From contig NC_043005.1 in the NCBI RefSeq assembly GCF_006345805.1, positions 16,120,001 to 16,184,000 on the forward strand: a stretch of 64,000 bases of DNA, given 5' to 3'. Position 1 is the stretch's first letter. Every line of letters starts with the position of its first letter. Of this stretch, positions 52,633 through 64,000 are shown piece by piece. Position numbers and translations under genes: made by a program. This DNA is from Octopus sinensis. Its lineage: Eukaryota. Below the pieces are notes generated by a model, which saw only the letters and a program-made list of their open reading frames with translations, did not search any database and was not told the origin of the DNA.

Positions 52633-53075
52633 TATAATATATATTATAATATATATTCAAAATAGTGAAATAGAAGAGAGGGTACATTCTGTATATCTTA
52701 CTTTAGAACAACGCAACTGCACTTTCACATGCAGTTTTCACTTCAATATAATCATTCATTTGCTATCAAATGAAGATGATCGAAATGCTTTTGGCAAAAT
52801 CTTGCAGTATTGCTATCTCCAGCACTGCCGAGTAGCATTGATTCTAGCCACGTAAATGGCCGGTGTCTTTTGGACTATACTGTAGAGCACTTATGCCTCC
52901 CGTCCTCAATTATCCTTGCAACCACCACAACACACCACAACGGATACAGATATAAACACTGCAGCCATGTAGAAACTACTTTGTTTTACTATTCTCAGAG
53001 GATCTGTTATTCGCGCTCAGTTGGTATTTTTCTCACATACGTCCGGCACACCCATAATATATATAATATATATAA

Positions 53076-53118
<43 letters not shown>

Positions 53119-53153
53119 ATATATATATACACATACTCATACATACAGATGTG

Positions 53154-53197
<44 letters not shown>

Positions 53198-53201
<4 letters not shown>

Positions 53202-53588
53202 TATATAAAAGTGAAGTTGTGTGTCTGTCTCCTACGATTTAGATTCCTAACTACTCCCACATTTTGCGGTGCAGTTTAACCAAAAGCGGGTATCTTATAG
53301 TTGTGATTCATATCGAGCCCTTCTGGGTATTAGCGCGTGTCTACGATGAGTCTACGATTAAAAAAAAATTTACCATAATATTTTCCCATTTTTAATGCAT
53401 TTTTTCGCTATTATATAAGGGAAGTAACTCTCTAAAAATGTATTATTAAATCTCAGAACGTAAAAAGCTACAGTAACAGCCCCCTTCGTGGTTAGCCATA
53501 TTGAGATGGCTATTATACTTTACACCTCTAAAAATGCTTATATAGTTATTTCCCTTACAAATCCGAGCAACGCCGGCGATACTGCTAG
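53198..53588 (+). mobile_element. Non-autonomous Helitron-like element, subfamily H2
   Basis: Closely similar to 57968-58354; 3' hairpin plus CTAG|T; 5' TC mutated. Confidence 0.8.
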
Positions 53589-53594
53589 TATATA

Positions 53595-53652
<58 letters not shown>

Positions 53653-53694
53653 ATATATATATACATATATATATCAGTGTGTGTGTGAGAGAGT

Positions 53695-53830
53695 GTGTGG
53701 TACACAAATGGAATAAAAACCACGAAGTCTAGGTAAAAATATACAAACACGATGTATTAGGTTGACGTACACAAAGATTAGAAGTCTTTAACGTTTCGAG
53801 CCTAAGCTATTCTACGGAAAGGATACTGTT
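53695..53830 (-). mobile_element. Variant-hammerhead element, copy 5 (diverged)
   Basis: Reverse complement CCTT-CCGTAGA-A-TAGCTTAGGCTC-GAAACGTT-AAAAG at about 53786-53823. Confidence 0.7.
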
Positions 53831-53994
53831 GTAATTCAACGCCGGACTGTTATAACGTTAACTCCGGTATAGCAGTATAGTTAGTTAGACAAGTAAGACA
53901 CAACTGTCTTTGACCGACTACCCCGACGGCACAGTATTTGTAAAGACTGCTACATACCACTCGTCACGTGGGAGGGATGTGCCATTGACATTAG

Positions 53995-54312
53995 AAAGAA
54001 AGAATGGAAGGAAGGAAAGAAGAAATAAATAAATAAAGAAAGAAATAATGGAAGGAAGGAAAAAGGAAGAAAGAAAGAATGTAAGGAAGAAAGAAAGAAA
54101 TACAGATTGGAAGGAAGGCAAAAAGGAAGAAAGAAAGAAAGAAAGAAAGAAAGGAAGAAAGAAAGAATGGAAGAAAGAAAGAAAGAAATAAAGAAATACA
54201 GATTGGAAGAAAGGCAAAAAGGAAGAAAGAAAGAAAGAAAGAAAGAAAGGAAGAAAGAAAGAAAGAATGTAAGGAAGAAAGAAAGAAATACGGATTGGAA
54301 GGAAGGCAAAAG

Positions 54313-54354
<42 letters not shown>

Positions 54355-54435
54355 ATGGAAGGAAGAAAGAAAGAAAGAAAGAAAGAAAGGAAGAAAGAAA
54401 GAAAGAGTAAATGAATGAAAGAAAGAAAGAATGAC
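53995..54435. repeat. (GAAA)n tract with a higher-order unit of about 95 bp
   Basis: GAAATAC(A/G)GATTGGAAG recurs at about 54098, 54194 and 54286. Confidence 0.9.
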
Positions 54436-54640
54436 AAAGAATCATTTAGGATTTGCTTAAGACAAATTATTTCATAAAGAGGTGTTGATTTTACTCATTT
54501 ACTTATCAGTACGTTCACTTGAAGCGTGTATAAAACGAATTAACTGAGATGGACGGGGGATGTGGATAGATTGGGAATAATGCTTATGCGTACGTTTGTT
54601 AAACATGCATTTAGCCCACTTGTATATATCTTTAAATATG

Positions 54641-54972
54641 TGAAGGCGCATGGCTTAGTGATTAGGGCATTCGACTCCCGATCGTAAGGTTGTGACTTCA
54701 ATTCCCGGTGACGCGTTCTGTCCTTGAGCAAGATACTTTATTTTACGTTGCTCCAGTTCACTCACCTGGCAAAATTGGGTAGTACCTTTATTTCAAAGGG
54801 CCAGCCTTGTCTTGTCACACTCTGTATCACGCTGAATCTCCCTGAGAACTACGTTAAGGGCACATGTGTCTGTCTGTGGAGTGCTCAGCCATTTGCACGT
54901 TATTTTAACGAGCAATCTGTTCCGTCGATCGCATTAGCTGAGACCCTCGTCGCTATAACCGACGGAGTGCTT
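54641..54972 (+). mobile_element. SINE family B head with tail X
   Basis: Matches 41751-42073. Confidence 0.88.
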
Positions 54973-55007
<35 letters not shown>

Positions 55008-55189
55008 TTATGTCCGTGTGAGTGCGTATGGCGCGCGCATGCGTGTGACTGCGTTTGGAGCGCGCAGGCGTATGTGTGTGTGTTTATACTTGAATAGAGT
55101 GAATGTAGGTGGCGTCAAAAAATATGTCTACATCAATAATATACAAAACAGTTGTATAAATTAATGCACAAATATTTACAATTCATTTT

Positions 55190-55220
55190 CTATTCATACA
55201 TACACACACACATACATGCA

Positions 55221-55254
<34 letters not shown>

Positions 55255-55264
55255 CATGCATACA

Positions 55265-55298
<34 letters not shown>

Positions 55299-55888
55299 CA
55301 TGCATACATACATACATGCATACATACATGCATACATACATACATGCATGCATGCATACATACATAATACATACATACATACATACATGCATGCATACAT
55401 ACATACATACAAACATACATACATACATGCATGCATGCATGCATGCATACATACATATATTCATACTTACATACATACATACATACATACATACATTCAT
55501 ACATGCATACATACATACATACATACATACATGCATGCATGCATACATACATACATACATACATACATACATACATACATGCATGCATGCATGCATGCAT
55601 ACATACATACATACATTCATACTTACATACATACATACATACATGCATACATACATACATACATACATACATGCATGCATACATACATACATACATACAT
55701 AGCATACATACATACATACATACACACATACATACATACATACATACATACATACATACATGCATGCATGCATGCATGCATACATACATACATACATTCA
55801 TACTTACATACATACATACATACATACATGCATACATGCATGCATACATACATACATACATACATGCATACATACATACATACACACA

Positions 55889-55922
<34 letters not shown>

Positions 55923-55935
55923 CATACATACATAC
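55190..55935. repeat. (ATAC/ATGC)n tract with a higher-order unit
   Basis: TTCATACTTACATAC marker at about 55460, 55616 and 55797. Confidence 0.92.
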
Positions 55936-56919
55936 AAGCACACAGATTTAAGTGTCCTTGTCCTCTCCTAGAAACTTCTTTGCATTCGCATATATACGTG
56001 CGTCCTGTGTGTGTATACACACATATGGACAAACACACACGCACAAACACACATATGTATATGTATATATATATGTGTATACATATATGTATATATATAT
56101 ATATAAATAATAATAATAATAATATATATATATATATATGTATGTATGTATTATATATATATATATGCGTGCACATATGTATGTGTTTATGTGCAGATGC
56201 ATATATGCGAGAGAGTTGCATGCATACGCATATGCCAAAACTTTCTGGGGTAAGGCAAGGGCACATTCTATGAAATCAGTTAACAATTCACAAAGAATAG
56301 TAATTATGTGTTTGTTAAAACAAATAAATCTTCGTTGTCAACTGCGAGAAAAAATTATGAAATGAAATGCACAAAAAAATAAAAAATAAAAAAGATTTTT
56401 ATCTAAATTGTTTTTGCGTTTTTATAGAATATTTTTTGACCATATTTTCTTTTATTGTCGAAGATCCCGATTATAGCCTAAATAATTCCAGATGTTTAAA
56501 TCAACATTTAAATATCCAATTGTTGAGTTAGTTAATTATTTACTGCTGAATTAACATTTTTTTAATTCAGTACTTAACTTTGTATTAAATATCAAATACC
56601 TCTGCACCAAGCAAAGGATTTTGACCATTTTGAAAGTAAGATTGTTCACGGGATAATGAAATAACTAAATAGAACGAATTGGGTAGAAAGAAATTTACAA
56701 GCTTGTCTTCGTTTTTGTAAGCTCAGAACCCAGTAAAAAATAACTGTGAGGCGATTGTCTTCTAGATCGAAACCAGAACATGGGAAGTGACATAGTCATG
56801 TGATGTGGAATTTATAGCCGAGAATTTGGTCACGTGAAATAATAAACAATGTTTATTTCTTCTTATGTTTATTAAGCATACTGCTTAGGGAGCATCTACA
56901 TGGACACTCGACCTCTTCT

Positions 56920-57220
56920 CTCTTTCACTTGTTTCAGTCATTTGACTGCGGCCATGCTGGAGCACCGCCTTTAATCGAGCAACTCGACCCCGGGACTTAT
57001 TCTTTTTGTAAGCCCAGTACTTATTCTATCGGTATCTTTTGCCGAACCACTAAGTAACGGGGACATAAACACACCAGCATCGGTTGTCAAGCAATGCTAG
57101 GGGGACAAACACACACATACATACATACATATACATGACGGGCTTCTTTTCAGTTTCCGTCTACCAAATCCACTCACAAGGCTTTGGTCGGCCCGAGGCT
57201 ATAGTAGAAGACACTTGCCC
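56920..57220 (-). mobile_element. SINE family A, 5'-truncated, between long direct repeats
   Basis: Truncated at GGGCAAGTGTC; flanked by repeats starting at 56848 and 57221. Confidence 0.85.
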
Positions 57221-57292
57221 AATGTTTATTTCTTCTTATGCTTATTAAGCATACTGCTTAGGGAGCATCTGCATGGACACTCGACCTCTTCT

Positions 57293-57688
57293 CTCTTTCA
57301 CTTGTTTCAGTCATTTGACTGCGGCCATGCTGGAGCACCGCCTTCAGTCGACCAAATCGACCCCAGGACTTATTCTTTGTAAGCCTAGTACTTATTCTAT
57401 CGATCTCTTTTGCCGAACCGCTAAGTTACGGGGGACGCAAACACACCAGCATCGGTTGTCAAGCGATGTTGGGAGGACAAACACAGACACACAAACATAT
57501 ACACACACATACATATATATAAATATATACGACGGGCTTCTTTCAGTTTCTGTCTACCAAATCCACTCACAAGGATTTGGTCGGCCCGAGGTTATAGTTG
57601 AAGACACTTGCCCAAGGTGCCACGCAGTGGGACTGAACCCGGAACCATGTGGTTGGTAAGCAAGCTACTTACCACACAGCCACTCCTG
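57293..57688 (-). mobile_element. SINE family A, full length
   Basis: All modules present. Confidence 0.9.
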
Positions 57689-57967
57689 ACCTCCTAGAAT
57701 AATCAAGCGATCTTCCTCTGTTACACTCGGACGTCTTAAAGAAAGGGACACGTTGGATAACAAAGTCCTACACATCCCTAAAAAATGGGATGGGATGGGA
57801 TGGGATGGTCACATTTTTTTTTCCTTATTGGTTTGGTCTCCCCGAATAAGTAGATGACTGCAGAAAAACATTCGCATCGAAAGAATTCCAGAGCGTTTAC
57901 AATCTAGTGGAGAGAAGACTGGACGTAATCTTTAATGCAGGGCCTAATAAAGAAACAAAGCAATATA

Positions 57968-58354
57968 TCTTTATATATAAAAGTGAGGTTGTGTGCTGTC
58001 TGTCTCCTACGATTTAGATTCCTAACTACTCCCACATTTTGCGGTGCAGTTTAACCAAAACCGGGTATCTTATAGTCGTGATTCATATCGAGCCCTTCTG
58101 GGTATTAGCGCGCGTCTACGATGAGTCTACGATTTAAAAAAGAAATTACCATCAATTTTTCCCATTTTTAATGCATTTTTGGCATATATAAGGGAAGTAA
58201 CTCTTTATTATTAAATCTCAGAACGTAAAAAGCTACAGTAACACCCCACTTTGTGGTTAGCCATATTGAGATGGCTATTATACTTTACATCTCTAAAAAT
58301 GCTTATATAGTTATTTCCCTTACAAACCCGAGCAACGCCGGGCGATACTGCTAG
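57968..58354 (+). mobile_element. Non-autonomous Helitron-like element, subfamily H2
   Basis: A|TCTTTATATATAAAAGTG ... CCCG(A)GC-AAC-GCCGGG-CGATACTG-CTAG|T. Confidence 0.85.
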
Positions 58355-58720
58355 TATGCATATATATGATTAGTCTTTAGATGAATGAGCACGGCATCAT
58401 ACAATTCCGAAAATCAGAAGTTACTGGAGAAGCGACAGAACAAGAAGAGAGAAGAACGAGCATATATCAGTGGACCTGGGTCTTAAGTTGTTTCGGTGGA
58501 TTGAATACTTTGAATCATATGTTTTGTTTATCGGGACTAACCTGGAGCTGCACCACAGCCAATTTACTGCTGACCCTTTACTATTTGATTTATATAACGA
58601 ATAGGGTTGTAGAAAAGGATATCGTGACACACAGGGCAGTAATATGGCTAATAAATGCTAGAAGTGTGGCAAAGTAAACAAGGTACAATATTAAAAAAAG
58701 CCGATCATTTGCGAAATGTA

Positions 58721-58939
58721 CGAGGGGTGCTGAAATGTTTCTGGCTTTTAGGGCATCGCGAAAGGCCTAGTTGGAGGCCCAGTTTTTGGATTTCTTTTAC
58801 AGGGCTTAGAAAAAGTGAAGGACCACTGTAATAAGTGCGTGAATCTGAGAGGGGAATATGATGTTGAATACAATCATGATTAACTGATCTTCCTGCATTT
58901 AAAAAAAATCAAAGCCAGGAACTTTTCAGCATCCTCTCG
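58721..58939 (+). mobile_element. 219-bp mariner-derived MITE
   Basis: TA|CGAGGGGTGCTGAAATGTTTCTGGCTTT ... AAAGCCAGGAACTTTTCAGCATCCTCTCG|TA; internal GLEK...NKCVNLRGEY C-terminal remnant. Confidence 0.85.
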
Positions 58940-59011
58940 TACATCAATTCACATCAAAATAGATGTACATCAAAGAATGTGCATCTATTTCGTCACTGCG
59001 CTCACCACTTG

Positions 59012-59325
59012 CATCCGTCCGTCCATCCATCCATCCATACATACATACATCCATCCATCCATCCATGCATACATGCATTCATACATCCATCCATCCATCC
59101 ATCTATCCATCCATCCATACATCCATCCATCCATCCATTCATGCATACATACATCCATCCATCCATCCATCCATCCATCCATCCATCCATCCATCCATCC
59201 ACCCATCCATGCATACATACATTCATACATCCATCCATCCATCCATCCATCCATGCATACATACATACATACATACATACATACATACATACGTACGTAC
59301 CTACGTACGTACGTATGTATGTATG
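59012..59325. repeat. (ATCC)n/(ATAC)n tract
   Basis: Directly visible. Confidence 0.95.
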
Positions 59326-59910
59326 TCTAAATTCTAAAAGCCATAGTATTTCGGTGATGAGCAATGATCCTAACTATTATTAGCTTTCAAAGACAATAAT
59401 GGAACAATTCCACACAAATAATACAATCATCCCGACATATGAAACGAAAGACCTTGTGCTTTCATAAGTCTACAATAGAAGACGAAAATGTCAGAGCGGT
59501 GAATGTCAGAGTCAGTAGTGTATCAATCAACATATAACGGCGCTATTCAGAAGATTTTTACGTTCTAATTCTAAAACGATGTCGATTTTATTTCTCATTG
59601 ATCTTGCGTCGAGGAAATTGTACGACTGCTCCTTACATGTCTGGACTTATGCCGCTGGACTTAAGCCTCTTTACATCAATCTAACCTCGTGCATATGCTA
59701 TAAATGTTTGAAATGAAGTACTGAGAAGTGTTGTTCCTAAAGCTACTAAATTTATTGTTTTTAAATCGCAGTTTAGGTCTAATTCGCCTGACCGATGACC
59801 AAAAGTATTCAGTTTGAGAATCTTGTATTCTTTTTTTTTTTATTGGGACATAGTGTATCTAAGCTTATGTTATCTGCAATATGCTGTTTTTAATATGTAA
59901 AGTGTGATTC

Positions 59911-60110
59911 AGGCGGTGAGCTGACAGAATTACTACTGCATCGGGCAAAATGCTTAACAGTATTTCGTCCGTCCTTACATTCTGAGTTCAAATTCCACCA
60001 AGGTCGACTTTGCTTTCGGGGTCGATAATATAAATACCACTTGAGCACTGGGATCGATGTATCCGACTAACGCCCTCTACTGAACTTTCTGGCCTTGGGC
60101 AAACATTTGA
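59911..60110 (+). mobile_element. SINE family C, diverged
   Basis: AGGCGGTGAGCTGACAG...GAGTTCAAATTCCACCAAGGTCGAC. Confidence 0.75.
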
Positions 60111-61846
60111 AAGCAATATGTAACGTGATTTGAAGGCAAATAGGTCGATAACTTTAGTAGGATTTGTGAACGTGTGAACAATTTATAATATTCTTATAAA
60201 GACGATTTATTGAGAAAGTACTTTAATAAACTAAACAGTTAGATCTGAGAAAACGATGGCGGTCTGCGTCGGCAATTAGTGAGTGTAAGTTGTTCAAAAG
60301 TGGACTGATTTTTTCCTCTTCCTCACACAAACTAATTTACAACGTTTTTTAATAAGAGATTTACGCAAAGTATTTTAGGGCCGGTGTACGTATTTATGCA
60401 AAAGTCAGTCAAATAATATATAAGATTTGTCGGCATTCTTAATAAATGGCTATTTCAAAATGTAGGCTGATTTAATTATTTAAAAGGCGTTTGAAAAAAA
60501 GAATTATATAAAAATACTGGGAAGAGGGAGACAAAATGAAAAAATTATACATAAACAGATACTTCCCTTCTTATTTTATTTTATAGAAAGCATTCTGAAA
60601 AATGGGGGCAAGTCATAAGCAAAATCTTTTTAGAACTGTTCTCAGCATAAACTATACATCTGGCTTTATTGTTTATTCAAAGAACGATTCCATAGACAAT
60701 GGGGGAACGGTTGATTATGCAGTTATTGTGTTCTTAATAAGACCCTTGTCTAATGCAACTAATACATCGTTTTTTTTTTTTAAATTCATAATATTAAAAA
60801 CTAATGTTTTATTCCAGGAAACTTTTTAACAATATAGGAACAAAAAATTGCTTCACCATCATATCCTAGCCTCGAGCAGACAAGACCTATTTTTTTTCTT
60901 ACCGAGTAGCCATATTTTAATCTTCCTGCTAATTTGTAAATAATCCTCATTTCCTGTTAACATCTATGAGACTTTTCGTTTCTTTTTCCTTTCTCTTTAT
61001 TCGTTTCTCCCCCTCTTCACTACTTAATCCCGTTCCTCAGTCCGCTTCCATGATAAATAAATATATTTATTTAATCCAATAAGCACATTTGAAATATTAC
61101 CATACTTTAAATCGATTAACTCGGACATATGATCCTTTTTCATTATTTCATACTTTTCTTTCATTCCCAGAATTCCCCTCCTATCTTTTCCTATACTCAT
61201 CTCCCACATTCACCACCTCTTACTATCACCACTTCTCAGTATCACCATCTCTTCTTTTCTTTCTCTGTAACACCACCACCTGGGTCTTGTATGCAGTTAG
61301 CGGAGTCCACTCTGTTGCTAGTATTCGGGTTACATTTCCGGTCTGGAGATAACTTCCTCTCTCCTCCGCCGCCACACTAGTCACATAGAGACTCTGAAAT
61401 GGTTCACTGATAACTTCCTTCTCTGAATAAGCCATTCAAAAACAAATTCATTTTTCCGATTTTAAATAACAGGCATTCAAACAGGATTCTTAACACTTTC
61501 AAGTAGAAATTCTTATTATGTAACAAAGATAAATAAATCACGGAGCCCGATGTGTCAGCACTGAAGGAAGCCATTGACGCCATCCGAGGTCAGTTAGTTA
61601 GTATTAACACATTTACTACATATACTATTAAAAAACTAATGAGAAAGAATTATATCTTGAAGCAAAAAAAACTACATTAATTAATTATCTGTTAAATATT
61701 TTCTTTTTTCCGGCTACTACGGGAGACAACTTTGGATGTGTTTCGATATTATTCTGACGTCATGAACAAAGCATAACCTCGATTAAAGAGTTGCAGTGAT
61801 GAAAGACAGCAGGTATCTCAAGGAGGTTAGTGAGTTTAAGTGAGTG

Positions 61847-61912
61847 TGATCCTACGTTGATCCTACGTTGATCCTACGTTGATCCTACGTTGATCCTACG
61901 TTGATCCTACGT
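61847..61912. repeat. Minisatellite, 6 perfect copies of TGATCCTACGT
   Basis: 11-bp unit counted directly. Confidence 0.97.
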
Positions 61913-61992
61913 TGCAGACAGTAAGAAAAACAACTTTATAACAAAACTTAGCTACTCGTAAAATGCTTCATTCACATCTAGCAAATGAAGTA

Positions 61993-62773
61993 TTGGGTTG
62001 TCCGGAACGTTCGTGCCGATTTCTAAAGGAAAGAAAAAGGTCAATAAATACTTGCCATTACATTTTTAATCAACCAAATATGAACCATTTTGTTGTACAA
62101 TGCGTCTCCATCTTTCCTTTAACTTGAAAATACCCTCTTCCCAGAATTGAGGTGGTTTCATGGCAAAGGTATCTTTTTACGTCATCCAAGGAATTGAAAT
62201 TTTTACCATTAAGACTATTCTTCTCACTCAACTAATGTGGTACCCAAACATCGTAGCAATTTGTGTACCGAAGCTTTACCAGGTGCTCATGAACGACAGA
62301 TTCTGATAGGTTGAGAGTTTCTGCCATTTCTCGAGTTGTGCAATGTTGGTTATTCTCAATTAATGACTTGATTTGGTCATCATCTATAGTGGATGGTCTA
62401 CCTGATTGCACTTTATCAATAAGGCTATAATCTCCAGCTCGGAACCTTGCGAACCACTTCCGTAAAGTTCTTTCGGATAAAGAAACATCACCGTAAACTG
62501 CGCATATTTCTTTGGTTGCTTGTGAGGCAATTTTCCCTTTACGGAAAAAGAAAAGTATCAAGTGCCGAAAATGAACTTTCTTATTTTCCATTTTAAAGAG
62601 TTACAGAATTAACACAGGTTATAGGAACATAAACCTTCTTCTACGAAAAGATAGCTTAAACTATGCTCTAAATGGAGGTGTAGTCAAATCTTATTTTTTG
62701 GACTCAACCATGTTCTAAAATAAGTCGAAAAGTAAGCTACTATAAATCAGCATGGATTTTCCGGATAACCCAA
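61993..62773 (-). mobile_element. Internally deleted mariner (781 bp) with both TIRs and TA TSD
   Basis: TIRs TTGGGTT(G/A)TCCGGAA; ORF 62591-62232 MENKKVHFRH...WVPH; C-terminus NSLNGKNF...ERWRRIVQQNGSYLVD*; DD34D core absent. Confidence 0.92.
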
Positions 62774-62829
62774 TATATCAAAGTCAACAATTATGGCTTT
62801 CTTTAGAGATTGTGCGGTGAACATTCTTT

Positions 62830-63145
62830 TCTATAGAGCAGAAACCTAGACGATAAAAATGGATTTTTATGACCACAGCGACAGTACGTTCACCAGGCTT
62901 AAAATAGCTCGTGGCGTGAGTATAAAAGGATATTTATGGACACTTTTCATCCACCTTTCCTATAGAATAGGTTTTGCCTTACCGTTGTGCTGGACATTAG
63001 GCCACATCGGATGTTTTGCTTCGGACATTTCTACATCCTGATAGAGGACGTAAACCACTTGCCTACATTGATGATATTGGAAGAGACGCTCAACATGGCA
63101 TTGACGATCTACCACACTTGACGGGAGTCACGGCATGATGAAAGG
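62830..63145 (+). mobile_element. RTE-clade LINE 3' fragment followed by a (GAA)n tract
   Basis: Decayed FTRL, IYGH, RCAGH and SDVLLRTFLHPDRGRKPLAYIDDIGRD motifs, similar to RTE ORF C-termini. Confidence 0.6.
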
Positions 63146-63755
63146 TAGAAGAAGAAGAAGAAGAAGAAGAAGAAGAAGAGGTCGACGACAAATAAGAGAA
63201 AGATGGAAGGGGAGGAGAGGAGGAGGAAGAGGAGGAGGAAGGGGAGAAACAGTTGACGACGACGAAGAAGAAAGAGAAGAAGAAGAAGAAGAAGAAGAAG
63301 AAAAAGAAGAAGAAAAAGAAGAAGAAAAAGAAGAAGAAAAAGAAGAAGAAGAAGAAGAAGAAGAAGAAGAAGAAAAAAAAAGAAGAAGAAGGAGAAGAAG
63401 AAGAAATATACCAAATATACCACATTATAAAATAGCATAATAACATAAAATTGAAGTGTATCAGTTCTTTAAAACTTCACACGTGGTAACTTAAGACCAA
63501 CCGTTGGCGGTTACAAAATTGGTCTCATGTAGTTAAATAACTAATTAAGAAATCTAATTTAATCACCAAATCGCTGTATCACCATGACCACAGCCATTAC
63601 AACAACAACTACTACTACTACTGCTACTACTACTACTACTACTACTACTGCTGCTGCTAATGTTGATGCTGAAGCTGCTATTACTACTACAAATACTTCT
63701 ACAACCAGAACTACTGCTGTTGCTACTACTACTACTACTACTACTACTACTATCA
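63146..63755. repeat. (GAA/GGA)n and (ACT/GCT)n tracts
   Basis: Directly visible (63146-63405 and 63595-63755). Confidence 0.9.
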
Positions 63756-64000
63756 GTCGTACTAATCCTGATGTATTTTGTACGCAGGTCTGCCTTAATA
63801 GGATAAACCTATGTTGAAAGCTGTTTCACCTACCAACATACTATATATGTTTCAGGCATTATGTATCTTGGATTATATCATTCAATGTATCCTCCCATTT
63901 TTAAGAAGTGGGGTTGATTTAAGAGAGCTTTGCTTGCTGCTCCCAGCATATCAAATGGCCAAATAAAGACATCTTCTACACTTGTCATGTCCTTATTCAG

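Noticed and set aside
60560-60660. Strong-looking acceptor TTATTTTATTTTATAG followed by KHSEKWGQVISKIFLELFSA*
   Set aside because: All frames close within about 20 codons; unrecognised; needs RNA-seq
61510-61595. Possible host exon EPDVSALKEAIDAIR ending at GAG|GTCAGT
   Set aside because: Good donor, but no polypyrimidine acceptor, an in-frame stop just upstream, and no recognisable protein
61847-61912. CRISPR array
   Set aside because: Contiguous 11-bp units with no spacers, in a eukaryotic context with no cas genes
55-63817. The many long ORFs of YI/HT/MYVC/poly-P/poly-S/poly-L type
   Set aside because: They are translations of stop-free microsatellites, with no domain content or splice context
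63878-64000. Minus-strand 40-codon open frame at the window edge (LNKDMTSVEDVFIWPFDMLG...GGYIE*)
   Set aside because: Truncated by the window, unrecognised, and short enough to be chance; the adjacent window or BLASTX would decide

Overview
Eukaryotic, AT-rich, repeat-dominated window with no host protein-coding exon I can support. The mix of tRNA-derived SINEs and very dense microsatellites looks like an octopus/coleoid cephalopod genome (inference). Contents: (1) many microsatellites (ATAC, AT, CA, AAT, GAAA, CAC/GGT, ATCC), which explain nearly all ORFs in the track; (2) four tRNA-headed SINE families (my labels A-D) with shuffled heads and tails; (3) decayed LINE fragments of CR1, L1/Tx1, R4/Dong and RTE type; (4) two Penelope-like (PLE) RT/GIY-YIG fragments; (5) four mariner derivatives, one a fold-back; (6) five non-autonomous Helitron-like elements; (7) a 100-N gap flanked by a probable false duplication. 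The most interesting signal is a dense set of type I hammerhead-ribozyme (HHR) motifs, at least 12 in 64 kb. Two have an intact catalytic core (38857-38910 +, 52454-52536 -), several are 1-2 substitutions away, and a five-copy ~180-bp element family carries a fixed A6U core variant. Most have a self-complementary helix III, as in dimer-acting PLE/retrozyme hammerheads. All calls were read by eye; coordinates of decayed repeats are approximate and no database search or folding program was run.
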